Of a stretch of DNA of 34,716 nt, positions 17,497 to 27,046 are shown piece by piece; within the stretch, counting starts at the first letter, position 1; each line of letters opens with the position of its first letter. A program made the position numbers and the translations under genes. Source of the DNA: Deltaproteobacteria bacterium (GTDB lineage: Bacteria; Desulfobacterota; Deferrimicrobia; Deferrimicrobiales; Deferrimicrobiaceae); assembly GCA_025357175.1 (NCBI GenBank), contig JANXPS010000213.1, forward strand, positions 1 to 34,716. Reading direction: 5' to 3'. The notes below the pieces were generated by a model. That model was given only the letters and a program-made list of their open reading frames with translations. It did not search any database and was not told the origin of the DNA.

Positions 17497-20400
17497 GGAA
17501 AACCTCCTCGGTCGCGGCGATGTTGTCGTTGTCCGCGTATTCTTCGAGCCGCATCCGCTCGAGCGCCTTCCGGTACTCGATCGGCATGACCTTGACGAAC
17601 AGGGGCAGTCTCGAGGCCCAGTCGTCGAGGATCGTCTGTGCCCGGCGGCTGCCGGTGTATCTCAGGTGGTCCTCGATCATCGAGCGGAGCCGCTTGACGT
17701 CGGCTTCCTCCCAGACGCTCTCGACGTCGACCATGTCGAGGTTGCACCGGGTGTCGAACAGCTCGGTCTCGTCGTAGACGTAGGCGACGCCGCCGCTCAT
17801 TCCGGCCGCGAAGTTGTTGCCGGTGGGGCCGAGAACCACGACGGTGCCGCCGGTCATGTATTCGCATCCGTGGTCGCCCACGCCCTCGACGACCGCGCTG
17901 GCGCCGCTGTTGCGGACGGCGAACCGCTCGCCGGCACGCCCGTGCAGGAACACTTCGCCGCCGGTCGCCCCGTAGAGGATGACGTTGCCCGCGACGACGT
18001 TCTTGCTCGGGTCGAAGCCCGCGTCGGCCGGAGGAGTGACGACGATGCGGCCGCCCGACATCCCCTTGGCCAGGTAGTCGTTGGCGTCGCCGGTGACCCG
18101 GATCGAGACGCCGTTGGTGAGGAAGGCGCCCATGGACTGGCCGGCCGAACCGGTGAAGTCGATCTCGATCGTGCCGTCGGGCAGTCCCGCCAGCCCGAAC
18201 CGCTTTGCGATTTCCCCCGACAGCATGGTGCAGGCGGTCCGGTTGACGTTGCGGATCGGCATCTTGATGCGCACCGGCGTCTTCCCGTCGAGCGCGGGCA
18301 TGGCCTGGCGGAGCAGTTCGGCGTTGATTCCCTTCATCACGTCGTGATCCTGCTTCTTGGTGCAGCGCAGCGAGCACTCGGCGCCGTCGCCGGATGGAAG
18401 CAGGACACGGGAGAAGTCGAGGCCGTGTCCCTTCCAGTGTTCGATCGCGGGGATGACCTCGAGCCGGTCGACGCGGCCGACCATCTCGTCGATCGTGCGG
18501 AAGCCGAGCAGCGCCATGTGTTCGCGCATTTCCTGCGCCATGAACCGGAAGAAGTTCTCGACGAATTCGGGCTTGCCCGTGAAGCGGGCGCGCAGTTCGG
18601 GATCCTGCGTCGCGACACCGACGGGGCAGGTGTTCAGGTGGCACTTGCGCATCATGATGCAGCCGAGGGTGACGAGAACCGTGGTGCCGAAGCCGAACTC
18701 CTCGGCGCCCATGAGCGCCGCGATCGCGAGGTCGCGGCCGGTCTTGAGCTGGCCGTCGACCTGGACCCGGATCTGGTCGCGAAGCCGGTTCCCGACGAGC
18801 GCCTGCTGGGTTTCGGCCAGGCCGAGCTCCCACGGAAGGCCCGCGTATTTGATGGAAGTGAGGGGCGAGGCGCCCGTGCCCCCGTCGTGCCCGGAGATCA
18901 GGACCAGGTCGGCCTTGGCCTTGGACACGCCGGCGGCGATCGTGCCGACCCCGACTTCGGAGACCAGCTTGACCGACACGTCGGCAGTCGGATTGACCGA
19001 TTTGAGGTCGAAGATCAGCTGCGCCAGATCCTCGATCGAGTAGATGTCGTGGTGGGGCGGCGGTGAAATGAGCGTAACCCAGGGCGTCGTGTGGCGAATG
19101 CGCGCGATGTCGGGGCTGACCTTGTGCCCCGGCAGCTGTCCGCCCTCGCCCGGCTTGGCGCCCTGCGCCATCTTGATCTGGAGTTCGTCGGCGTTGACCA
19201 GGTATTCGGTCGTGACGCCGAAACGGGCCGAGGCGACCTGCTTGATGCGGGAGCGCTTGCTGTCGCCGTTGGGCATCGGGACGTAGCGGGCGGGATCCTC
19301 GCCTCCCTCGCCGCTGTTGCTGCGGCCGCCCAGCCGGTTGAGGGCGATCGCGATCGTTTCGTGCGTTTCCTTGCTGATCGATCCGAGCGACATCGCCGCG
19401 GTGACGAAGCGGGGCAGGATCTTCTCGACCGGCTCGACCTCGTCGATCGGGACCGGCCCGTCGCCGGGCTTGAAGCTGAAGAGCGACCGGAGCGTCGCCC
19501 GCTCGCGCGACTGGTCGTCGATCAGGCGGGTGTACTCCTTGAACGTGTCGTAGTCGCCTTCGCGGGTGGCCACCTGCAGCTTGTAGATCGTTTCGGGCGT
19601 CCACAGGTGCTTCTCGCCGCCGACCCGCACGTTGTAGGAACCGCCCGCGTCGAGCAGCTTGTCGGGGCGTCCCTTGAGGGGGAAGCCGCGCCGGTGCCGG
19701 GCGATCGTTTCCGCGGCGATCTCTTCGAGCCCGATGCCGCTGATGCGGGAAGCCGTGCCGCAGAAGTAGCCGTCGATCACCTCTTCGGCCAAGCCGACCG
19801 CCTCGAATATCTGGGAGCCGAAGAAGCTGCGGAGCGTGGAAATGCCCATGCGGCTGAACGTCTTGAGCAGCCCCTTCTTGACGGCGGTGAAATACTTGTC
19901 GACCGCTTCGCCGGGCGTTATGGCCTTTTCGAGGAGCCCGCTCTCGGCCAGGTCGCGAATGGTGGAGAAGGCGACGCTGGGGCAGATCGCGTTGGTGCCG
20001 AAGCCCAGGAGCAGTGCGAAGTGCATGACCTCGCGCGGCTCGCCCGACTCGACGACGATCGCGGCGCGCGTGCGCAGCCCGCGGCGGATCAGGTGGTGGT
20101 GGAGGCCCGCGGCCGCCAAAAGCGAGGGGATGGGGGCGTTTTCGGCATCGACCTTGCGGTCGGTGAGCACGAGGACCGTCGCTCCGTCGAGTATGTGCTT
20201 CTCGGCCTGGACGAAGAGCGTCTGGAGCGCCTCGCGCAGCTTTCGGCCGTCGCCGCCGGCGGGGAACAGCATGTCGAGGTCGCGGGTGACGATGTCGGGC
20301 GCCTGCCCGGTGCGCAGCCGGATCATGTCTTCGGGCGTGAGCATCGGGTGGGGGATGCGCAGCATGCGGCAGTGCTCGGGCGTCTCCTCGAGCAGGTTCT

Positions 20401-22072
20401 TCTCGCGCCCGATGAAGGTGTTGAGCGACATGACCAGCTCTTCGCGCAGCGGATCGATCGGCGGGTTCGTCACTTGCGCGAAAAGCTGTTTGAAGTAGCG
20501 GAACAGCAGCTGGGGCCGCTTGGACAGCACCGCGAGCGCAGAGTCGTCGCCCATCGAGCCGACCGGCTCCTGGCCGGTGGTCGCCATCGGGGTGAGGACG
20601 ATCTTGAGGTCTTCCTCGGTGTAGCCGAAGACGTGCTGCCGCCGCAGCAGGACCTCGGGATCCTCGGCCTGGATGTTGGGGGGGACGAAGAGGCCGCGCA
20701 GGTCGATCCGCTGCTCCTTGACCCAGTGGCGGTAGGGACGCTGCCGGGCGATCTTGGCCTTGATCTCGTTGTCGGGGACGATGCGCTTCTCCTCGAGGTC
20801 GATGAGGAGCATGCGGCCCGGCTGGAGCCGGCCGCGCCGGACGATCTGGTCGGCCGGGAAGTCGAGGACGCCGGTCTCGGAGGCGAGGACGATGAGGCCG
20901 TCGCGCGTGACGGTGAAGCGCGCGGGGCGCAGGCCGTTTCGGTCGAGCGTGCCGCCGATGTACCGGCCGTCGCAGAAGACGACCGCGGCGGGACCGTCCC
21001 ACGGTTCCATGAAGGTGGCGTGGTATTCGTAGAACGCCCGCTTGTCGGCGCTCATGTGGTATTTCTTGCCCCACGCCTCGGGCACCATCATCATCACCGC
21101 GTGCGGCAGGTCGCGCCCGGCGAGCGTGAGCAGCTCGAGGCCGTTGTCGAAGATGGCCGAGTCGCTGCCGCTCTCGATGAGGACCGGTTTGATCTTCTCG
21201 ATGTCGGCGCCGAACAGGTCGGAGGTGAGCTGCGCCTCGCGCGCCTTCATCCGGTTGATGTTGCCGTGGATCGTGTTGATCTCGCCGTTGTGCGCCAGCA
21301 TGCGGAACGGGTGCGCGAGGTGCCATGTGGGCAGCGTGTTGGTGCTGTAGCGCTGGTGGACGACCGCGAAGGGGCTGATGAACGACACGTCGGCCAGGTC
21401 GGGGTAGAAGACGGCGAGCTGCGAACCGGTGAGCAGCCCCTTGTAGACGATGGTGCGGCTCGACAGGCTGGTGATGTAGAACTGGCTGAAATCGGCGTCG
21501 GTCCAGCACAATGCTTCCTTTTCGACCAGGCGCCGGATGACGTAAAGCTTGCGTTCGAAGGCGCCCGTTTCGAGGCCGGGATTTTTAAGGAAGCACTGGC
21601 GGATCAGCGGCAGCGTGGAGCGGGACAGCTCGCCCAGCGTCGACGGATCGATGGGGACGGTTCGCCAGCCGAGCACGGGGCATCCCTCGGCATCGGCGAT
21701 GCGGGCAATGGCGGCTTCGCAGTGCAGGGCCGACGAGGCTGCCGTGGGCAGAAACACCATGCCGGCGGCGTAGTCTCCGGGGGGGGGTAGCGAAATCCCT
21801 GTCTTGGCGCACTCTTTTTCGAGGAAGTCGTGGGGAACGCGCAGCATGATGCCGGCCCCGTCTCCGGTTGCCTTGTCGCCGCCCAGCGCTCCGCGGTGCT
21901 CGAGGTTGATGAGCACCTGCACCGCCTGGGTCACGATGTCGTGCCTCGGCTCGGCGTCGATGCGGGCCACGAAGCCCACTCCGCAGGCGTCATGCTCGTT
22001 GGCGGGGTCGTACAGACCCTTCGGGGCGGGGACTCCCGCGGCGTTCAGTCGGAAAAGGGATGCGTCGGACAT
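17489..22072 (-). CDS. gltB: glutamate synthase large subunit
   Basis: 1527 aa. N-terminal amidotransferase with the catalytic Cys context (HDACGVGFVA), an FMN/3Fe-4S central domain, and a C-terminal GXGXG beta-helix (GDANDYLAKGMSGGRIVV). Confidence 0.97.
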   Translation of the reverse strand: MSDASLFRLNAAGVPAPKGLYDPANEHDACGVGFVARIDAEPRHDIVTQAVQVLINLEHRGALGGDKATGDGAGIMLRVPHDFLEKECAKTGISLPPPGDYAAGMVFLPTAASSALHCEAAIARIADAEGCPVLGWRTVPIDPSTLGELSRSTLPLIRQCFLKNPGLETGAFERKLYVIRRLVEKEALCWTDADFSQFYITSLSSRTIVYKGLLTGSQLAVFYPDLADVSFISPFAVVHQRYSTNTLPTWHLAHPFRMLAHNGEINTIHGNINRMKAREAQLTSDLFGADIEKIKPVLIESGSDSAIFDNGLELLTLAGRDLPHAVMMMVPEAWGKKYHMSADKRAFYEYHATFMEPWDGPAAVVFCDGRYIGGTLDRNGLRPARFTVTRDGLIVLASETGVLDFPADQIVRRGRLQPGRMLLIDLEEKRIVPDNEIKAKIARQRPYRHWVKEQRIDLRGLFVPPNIQAEDPEVLLRRQHVFGYTEEDLKIVLTPMATTGQEPVGSMGDDSALAVLSKRPQLLFRYFKQLFAQVTNPPIDPLREELVMSLNTFIGREKNLLEETPEHCRMLRIPHPMLTPEDMIRLRTGQAPDIVTRDLDMLFPAGGDGRKLREALQTLFVQAEKHILDGATVLVLTDRKVDAENAPIPSLLAAAGLHHHLIRRGLRTRAAIVVESGEPREVMHFALLLGFGTNAICPSVAFSTIRDLAESGLLEKAITPGEAVDKYFTAVKKGLLKTFSRMGISTLRSFFGSQIFEAVGLAEEVIDGYFCGTASRISGIGLEEIAAETIARHRRGFPLKGRPDKLLDAGGSYNVRVGGEKHLWTPETIYKLQVATREGDYDTFKEYTRLIDDQSRERATLRSLFSFKPGDGPVPIDEVEPVEKILPRFVTAAMSLGSISKETHETIAIALNRLGGRSNSGEGGEDPARYVPMPNGDSKRSRIKQVASARFGVTTEYLVNADELQIKMAQGAKPGEGGQLPGHKVSPDIARIRHTTPWVTLISPPPHHDIYSIEDLAQLIFDLKSVNPTADVSVKLVSEVGVGTIAAGVSKAKADLVLISGHDGGTGASPLTSIKYAGLPWELGLAETQQALVGNRLRDQIRVQVDGQLKTGRDLAIAALMGAEEFGFGTTVLVTLGCIMMRKCHLNTCPVGVATQDPELRARFTGKPEFVENFFRFMAQEMREHMALLGFRTIDEMVGRVDRLEVIPAIEHWKGHGLDFSRVLLPSGDGAECSLRCTKKQDHDVMKGINAELLRQAMPALDGKTPVRIKMPIRNVNRTACTMLSGEIAKRFGLAGLPDGTIEIDFTGSAGQSMGAFLTNGVSIRVTGDANDYLAKGMSGGRIVVTPPADAGFDPSKNVVAGNVILYGATGGEVFLHGRAGERFAVRNSGASAVVEGVGDHGCEYMTGGTVVVLGPTGNNFAAGMSGGVAYVYDETELFDTRCNLDMVDVESVWEEADVKRLRSMIEDHLRYTGSRRAQTILDDWASRLPLFVKVMPIEYRKALERMRLEEYADNDNIAATEEVFRG

Positions 22073-22208
22073 GGTGTTCGGTCCTCGTTGATCTTCGTTA
22101 TGGTAAGAGGGTCAGTATACCGCGATATAAGCCTGCCTGCATGTGCCATAATAATATGCCGAAATTTGATCAAATCGTACCCGAGGAGTCCCGAATGAGA
22201 GACCGCGC

Positions 22209-23636
22209 ATGATTCGTCGATGGATGTTCGTCCTGCTGCTGGTTCCGGCGCTCCTGGCGTCCGTTCGGCCGCTGCCCGCCCCGGCCGCGGAGCTGGACAA
22301 CGACTTCAACGATCCGCGCAGGTGCGCGGCCTGCCACACCGGGATCTTTTCGCAGTGGAACGGGTCGATGCATTCGCTCGCGGTCACCGACAACATCTTC
22401 CGCCGGTTCTACGAGATGGTGGTCGACGAAGCCGGGCCCGCTGCGGTCGAGTTCTGCATGAAATGCCACACCCCCGTCGGCGTCGCACGCAAGGAACTTC
22501 CGCCGGCCACGGGCGATAAACTCGACAACATCGCGCTCAAGGGCGTCTTCTGCGATTTCTGCCACACGGTGACGCCCACCGGGATCGGCAACGCGGCCTT
22601 CGACACATCCCATTCCACGACCAAGCGGGGGCCGCTCGAAAACGCGGTTTCCCCCGTCCACGCGACGACGACCGACAACGGCTACCGTTCGTCCGAGTTC
22701 TGCGGGATGTGCCACAACGTCACGCACCCGATCTCGGGGCGCCCGATCGAGCGGACCTACCAGGAGTGGAAAGAGTCTCCCTACAACACCGGCAATCCCG
22801 CCACCGCGACCAGCTGCCAGGACTGCCATATGCGGCAGACGGTAGACGACCCGGGCGCCGGTGACACGGCGCGGAAGGACAATCCGGGCAAGGCGGCTTC
22901 GGCGGGGCCCGACCGGCCGCACGTCTGGACGCACTACTTCGTCGGCGGAAGCGCGCTTTTCCAGGATTCGCCGAACGCCGAGCGCCGCAAGGCGATGGCC
23001 ATGGCGAGGCTCCGCCACGCCGCCAGGATCGAAATCAACGTCGAGGATGTCCCGACCTACAAGGACCGGTTCGGCTCGTTCCGGGTCCGGGTCGTCAATA
23101 CCGGCGCCGGTCACAAGCTGCCCACCGGCCTGTCCGAGGTGCGCGAAATGTGGCTGGACGTCACCGTGAGGGATGCGAAGGGCAAGGTGCTGCTCCGCTC
23201 CGGCGCGGTGGGCGAAAACGGCGGGATCGATCCGGGCGCCGCGATCTTCAAGACTTTCCTCGGCATCGGCCGCAACAACGTCAAGATGTCGTGCTGCTTC
23301 TTCGCGATCGGCGAGCGCAACAAGATCCTGTCCGCCGAGACGGTGACGCGCGACCGCCGAATCCTGCCCAAGGGGTACGACGAGGAAAAGTACTCCTTCG
23401 AGGTGCCCAAGGGGGCTGCATTCCCGATCAGGATCGACGCCAAGCTCAACTACCGCTCGATGTCGCAGGATTTCGCCAACATCTTCTTCCCGGACGGGTC
23501 GTTCAAGGTCCCGGTGATCCGCATGGAGGAAGCGACTGCGCAGATCTGCCCCGGCGGGTCGTGCGACGACGGGTCGCTCCGGGCGCCCCTGAAAAAGAAG
23601 GTGCCCGGGACCCGGCGTCGGGGAAATTCCGGCTGA
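22209..23636 (+). CDS. secreted multiheme (5 x CXXCH) c-type cytochrome with a non-heme C-terminal domain
   Basis: Signal peptide (MIRRWMFVLLLVPALLASV...APAAE). Five CXXCH motifs in the first ~210 aa (CAACH, CMKCH, CDFCH, CGMCH, CQDCH). The remaining ~230 aa are heme-free and contain NTGAGHKLPTG. Confidence 0.8.
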   Translation: MIRRWMFVLLLVPALLASVRPLPAPAAELDNDFNDPRRCAACHTGIFSQWNGSMHSLAVTDNIFRRFYEMVVDEAGPAAVEFCMKCHTPVGVARKELPPATGDKLDNIALKGVFCDFCHTVTPTGIGNAAFDTSHSTTKRGPLENAVSPVHATTTDNGYRSSEFCGMCHNVTHPISGRPIERTYQEWKESPYNTGNPATATSCQDCHMRQTVDDPGAGDTARKDNPGKAASAGPDRPHVWTHYFVGGSALFQDSPNAERRKAMAMARLRHAARIEINVEDVPTYKDRFGSFRVRVVNTGAGHKLPTGLSEVREMWLDVTVRDAKGKVLLRSGAVGENGGIDPGAAIFKTFLGIGRNNVKMSCCFFAIGERNKILSAETVTRDRRILPKGYDEEKYSFEVPKGAAFPIRIDAKLNYRSMSQDFANIFFPDGSFKVPVIRMEEATAQICPGGSCDDGSLRAPLKKKVPGTRRRGNSG

Positions 23637-23670
23637 TGGCCGCCGGGACGCCTCCCCCGGGGAGTTCGTC

Positions 23671-24570
23671 TTGAGGGTGCTGGTTTCCGGTGTTTCGGGG
23701 CTGGTCGGCACGGCGTTGACGCGCGCGCTCACGGTCGACAAGCACATGATCGGAACGCTGACCCGGTTGGGCGGCGGCGCTGGACACGTCCATTGGGATC
23801 CGGCCAGGGACGTGATCGACACCGTGGCGCTCGCGAATTTCGCTCCGGACGCCGTGGTCCACCTCGCGGGCGAAAATATCGCCGCCCGACGGTGGACTCC
23901 CGTGCGAAAGGCCGCGATATGCGACAGCCGGGTGACCGGCACGACGTTGCTGGCAGGCGCGCTCGCCGCGATGCCGGTGCCCCCCAGGGTGCTCGTGTCC
24001 GCATCGGCGGTGGGCTACTACGGCGACCGTCACAACGAGATGCTTACCGAAAGCAGCCGGGCGGGCAGGGGATTTCTGGCCGAGACTTGCCTGGCATGGG
24101 AGGCGGCGACCTCGAAGGCCGCTGAGCGGGGCATTCGCGTTGTCACGCTCCGCACGGGCCTGGTGCTCGATTCGCATGGCGGCGCGCTGGCGAAGATGCT
24201 CCCGCTTTTCCGGCTTGGGCTGGGCGGGCCGCTGGGCGACGGGAAACAGTACATGAGCTGGATCGCGTTGTCCGACCTGGTTGCGGCGATCCGCCACATC
24301 CTGTCCCATGAATCGATTTCCGGCCCCGTGAACGCCACGTCGCCGTATCCCGTCACCAACGCCGAATTCACCCGGGGGCTGGGGCATGCGCTGTCGCGCC
24401 CCGCGATCCTTCCAGCCCCGGCCTTCGTCCTGCGGCTGGTTCTCGGTGAGTTGGCCGACGCGCTGCTCCTCACGGGCGCCCGGGTCATCCCCGAGCGACT
24501 GGTCGAGAGCGGCTTCACATTCCGCTACCCCGCCCTCGAGCCCGCCCTCAAAGCCGCCCTCGGGCGTTGA
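23671..24570 (+). CDS. TIGR01777/YfcH-like NAD-dependent epimerase family protein (SDR fold plus DUF1731-like C-terminus)
   Basis: TTG start 6 nt after GGGGAG. N-terminal Rossmann motif MRVLVSGVSGLVG. C-terminal SKRVIPERL-like segment (GARVIPERLVESGFTFRYP). Confidence 0.75.
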   Translation: MRVLVSGVSGLVGTALTRALTVDKHMIGTLTRLGGGAGHVHWDPARDVIDTVALANFAPDAVVHLAGENIAARRWTPVRKAAICDSRVTGTTLLAGALAAMPVPPRVLVSASAVGYYGDRHNEMLTESSRAGRGFLAETCLAWEAATSKAAERGIRVVTLRTGLVLDSHGGALAKMLPLFRLGLGGPLGDGKQYMSWIALSDLVAAIRHILSHESISGPVNATSPYPVTNAEFTRGLGHALSRPAILPAPAFVLRLVLGELADALLLTGARVIPERLVESGFTFRYPALEPALKAALGR

Positions 24571-24750
24571 CCCCCCGCCCTCCGAATGGGTCGCCACCGC
24601 AAGCGATCCCGTCTCCCGATATTCGCAAGGTCGTCTGACTGAAATCGTTCGCCCGGTCCAGGATGTCGTTGACGGGGAAGCGGGCATTCCTCTCGAAGAG
24701 CCCGACGATGCCTTGCGGCGGTTGGCGCTTTCGGGGGAACCCGTTTGGGC

Positions 24751-25446
24751 TTAGATGGCCATGCGCCAGGCGAGCCGCTTTTCCAGGCGGCGCGACAGCG
24801 AGGTGAATGCGTAGCAGAGGATGAAGTAGACCAGGGCGATGAACATGAAGATCTCGGTGGGGAAGATCATGGTGCGGTTGTTGACCTGGGTGGCGACGTG
24901 GGTCAGTTCGTCGACGCCGACGATGAACGCCAGGGAGGTATCCTTGATCATCGAGACGAACTGGTTGACGAACGACGGGATCATGTTTCGCAACGCCTGC
25001 GGAAGCACGATGTAGATCATCGCCTGGGCCGGGTGCAGGCCGGTCGAGAGCGCCGCCTCGGTCTGCCCTTTGGGAATCCCGTTGATGCCCGCCACGACGA
25101 TCTGCGACATGTAGGCCGACGTGAAGAGACTGAGCGCGAAGATGACCGTCTGGCTCTCGGGCACGGTTTTGCCTAGGAGTGCGGGCATCAGGAAGTACAT
25201 CCAGAAAATGACCATGAGCAACGGCATGCCGCGCACGATGTTGATGCAGACGTTCGCCGGTTCGCGGACCCACTTCCGGTGGGAGACGGCGAGCAGTCCG
25301 AGGAACAGCCCCCCGATGAAAGAGAGCACGAGCGAGGCGGTCGCCAGCCACAGGGTGAGCGCCACGCCGCCCAGCGGGCCGGAGGGATAGCGGCCGATGA
25401 AGAAATAGACCCAGTTGTCGCGGATGACGCTGAAATCGAGACCCAT
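24751..25446 (-). CDS. polar amino-acid ABC transporter permease
   Basis: His/Glu/Gln/Arg-type permease with the EAA-like loop (IPKGQTEAALSTGLHPAQAMIYIVLPQALR). Start lies 1 nt after the upstream permease stop. Confidence 0.9.
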   Translation of the reverse strand: MGLDFSVIRDNWVYFFIGRYPSGPLGGVALTLWLATASLVLSFIGGLFLGLLAVSHRKWVREPANVCINIVRGMPLLMVIFWMYFLMPALLGKTVPESQTVIFALSLFTSAYMSQIVVAGINGIPKGQTEAALSTGLHPAQAMIYIVLPQALRNMIPSFVNQFVSMIKDTSLAFIVGVDELTHVATQVNNRTMIFPTEIFMFIALVYFILCYAFTSLSRRLEKRLAWRMAI

Positions 25447-25447
25447 G

Positions 25448-26167
25448 TCAGCGACCCTTCAGGGGCGAGAGGACCTTGCGGTCGTAGAGCGTCATCAGCC
25501 CCGTGATGACGAACGAGAGGATGACGTAGATGACCGTGGCCGCCGTGAACGCCTCGAATCCCTTGAAGGTGGCGCTCTCGATCTGGCGGGCCTGGTACGT
25601 CAGTTCGGCCACGCCGATGGTCATGGCCAGCGACGAGTTCTTCGCGTTGTTCAGGAACTGGTTGATGAGCGGCGGAACCGTCAGCCGGACCGCCTGCGGC
25701 AGGATGATGAACTGCATCGACCGCAGATAGGAAAACCCGGAGCTGCGCGCGGCTTCCATCTGCTCTTTGGGTATCGAGAGGACGCCCGAGCGGATGTCCT
25801 CGGCGATGAAGGCGGACGTGTAGATGGTCAGCGCGATGACGGCGGCCGCGAACTCGAAGTTCCAGCCGGCGTGCGGCTGGTTCATCCAGTCGTTGACGGC
25901 GTGCGGCAGGATCTTGTAGGAGCCGAAGTACCAGAAGAAGAGCTGGACCAAAAGCGGCGTGTTGCGGAAGAACTCGAGGTAGGCGTGGGCGAACCAGCGC
26001 ACCGGCTTTACGTGGCTCATCCGCATGACGGCGATGAGCAGTCCGAGCATGAACGAAAGGACGATCGCCACCACCGAGAGCTTCATCGTCAGCTGGAATC
26101 CGGAGACCAGCCAGTCGAGGTACTTCCCGTGGGTGACGATCGTCCAGTCGAAAGAGGACTTGAGCAC
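25448..26167 (-). CDS. polar amino-acid ABC transporter permease
   Basis: Permease with the EAA loop (IPKEQMEAARSSGFSYLRSMQFIILPQAVR). Multiple TMs. Confidence 0.9.
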   Translation of the reverse strand: MLKSSFDWTIVTHGKYLDWLVSGFQLTMKLSVVAIVLSFMLGLLIAVMRMSHVKPVRWFAHAYLEFFRNTPLLVQLFFWYFGSYKILPHAVNDWMNQPHAGWNFEFAAAVIALTIYTSAFIAEDIRSGVLSIPKEQMEAARSSGFSYLRSMQFIILPQAVRLTVPPLINQFLNNAKNSSLAMTIGVAELTYQARQIESATFKGFEAFTAATVIYVILSFVITGLMTLYDRKVLSPLKGR

Positions 26168-26194
26168 GGTGCGCCCGCTATCGCCCTGTGATCG

Positions 26195-27013
26195 TTATTT
26201 TCCGGCCTCGATCTTGAACGTGCGCGTGAGCGGCGTCTCGGATTTGGGGCCGAACCATTTGTCGTAGATCTTCTTCGCCTCGCCCTTCTTTTCCATCTCG
26301 AGGATCGTCTTGTTGACGAAGGCGACGAAGTTGGCGTCGCCCTTGCGCATGCCGAGGCCGTAAGGCTCTTCGGAGATCTGCACCTTGGGCGGAATCTCGA
26401 ACTCCTTCTTGTTGGGCGCCTTGGCGAGCAGGCCTGCGAGGATCGACTCGTCGGTGGTCACCGCGGAAACCTTGCCCTGCTGGAGCGCGAGGAACGCCTG
26501 CGGGTAGTCGTCGAAGGAGAGCACCTCTGCGGTGGGCAGCGCCTTCTTGACGTTCTGTTCGGAGGTGGAGCCTTTCGCCGTCCCGATGCGCTTGCCCTCG
26601 AGGTCTTTCAACGACTTGACGGAACCCTTCTTCACCAGGAATTTCTGGCCGGTGAGGAAATAGGTGTCGGAGAAATCGATCTCCTTGGCCCGCTCGGGAT
26701 TCTTGGTCATCGTCGCCGCGATGATGTCGATGTTTCCTTCCTTGAGCTGGGGCATGCGGGTGGCGGACGTGACCGGCTTGAGCTCGACCTTGACGCCCAG
26801 CTTCTTCGCGATCGCATTGATGAAGTCGATGTCGTAACCGACGATCGTGCGCGTCTTCTCGTCGACGTAGCCGAACGGGGGGAGCGAGTCCTTCACGCCG
26901 GCGACCAGTACGCCCTTTTTCTTGACGTCTTCGAGCGTGTCGCCCGCGAACGCGCCCGCGGTCAATCCGAACGTGAAGATCGCTGCCAGGAACAGTGCCA
27001 GGGACTTCTTCAT
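26195..27013 (-). CDS. polar amino-acid ABC transporter substrate-binding protein
   Basis: Start at ATG 27013 (AAGGAGGAG RBS) rather than the track's 27043. Signal peptide MKKSLALFLAAIFTFGLTAGAFA. SBP_bac_3-type sequence (GYDIDFINAIAKKLG, DIIAATMT). Confidence 0.9.
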   Translation of the reverse strand: MKKSLALFLAAIFTFGLTAGAFAGDTLEDVKKKGVLVAGVKDSLPPFGYVDEKTRTIVGYDIDFINAIAKKLGVKVELKPVTSATRMPQLKEGNIDIIAATMTKNPERAKEIDFSDTYFLTGQKFLVKKGSVKSLKDLEGKRIGTAKGSTSEQNVKKALPTAEVLSFDDYPQAFLALQQGKVSAVTTDESILAGLLAKAPNKKEFEIPPKVQISEEPYGLGMRKGDANFVAFVNKTILEMEKKGEAKKIYDKWFGPKSETPLTRTFKIEAGK

Positions 27014-27046
27014 GTTTTCTCCTCCTTTGGGGGGTAGGGACATCGA

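Noticed and set aside
22130-22148. Sigma-54-like TGGCAC on the minus strand upstream of gltB (TGGCACATGCAGGCAGG).
   Set aside because: The GC of the would-be -12 element is 11 nt rather than 12 nt from the -24 GG, and TTGC is replaced by GGCA. Sigma-54 promoters are strict about this spacing, so I do not call it.
24571-24750. 180-bp convergent spacer between the epimerase and ABC permease genes. Its minus-strand translation (GLFERNARFPVNDILDRANDFSQTTLRISGDGI) vaguely resembles an Lrp/AsnC helix-turn-helix.
   Set aside because: It has no start codon and the resemblance is short and gapped. That frame is merely the tail of an off-frame ORF running through the permease gene. Without a database search this cannot be supported as a pseudogene.
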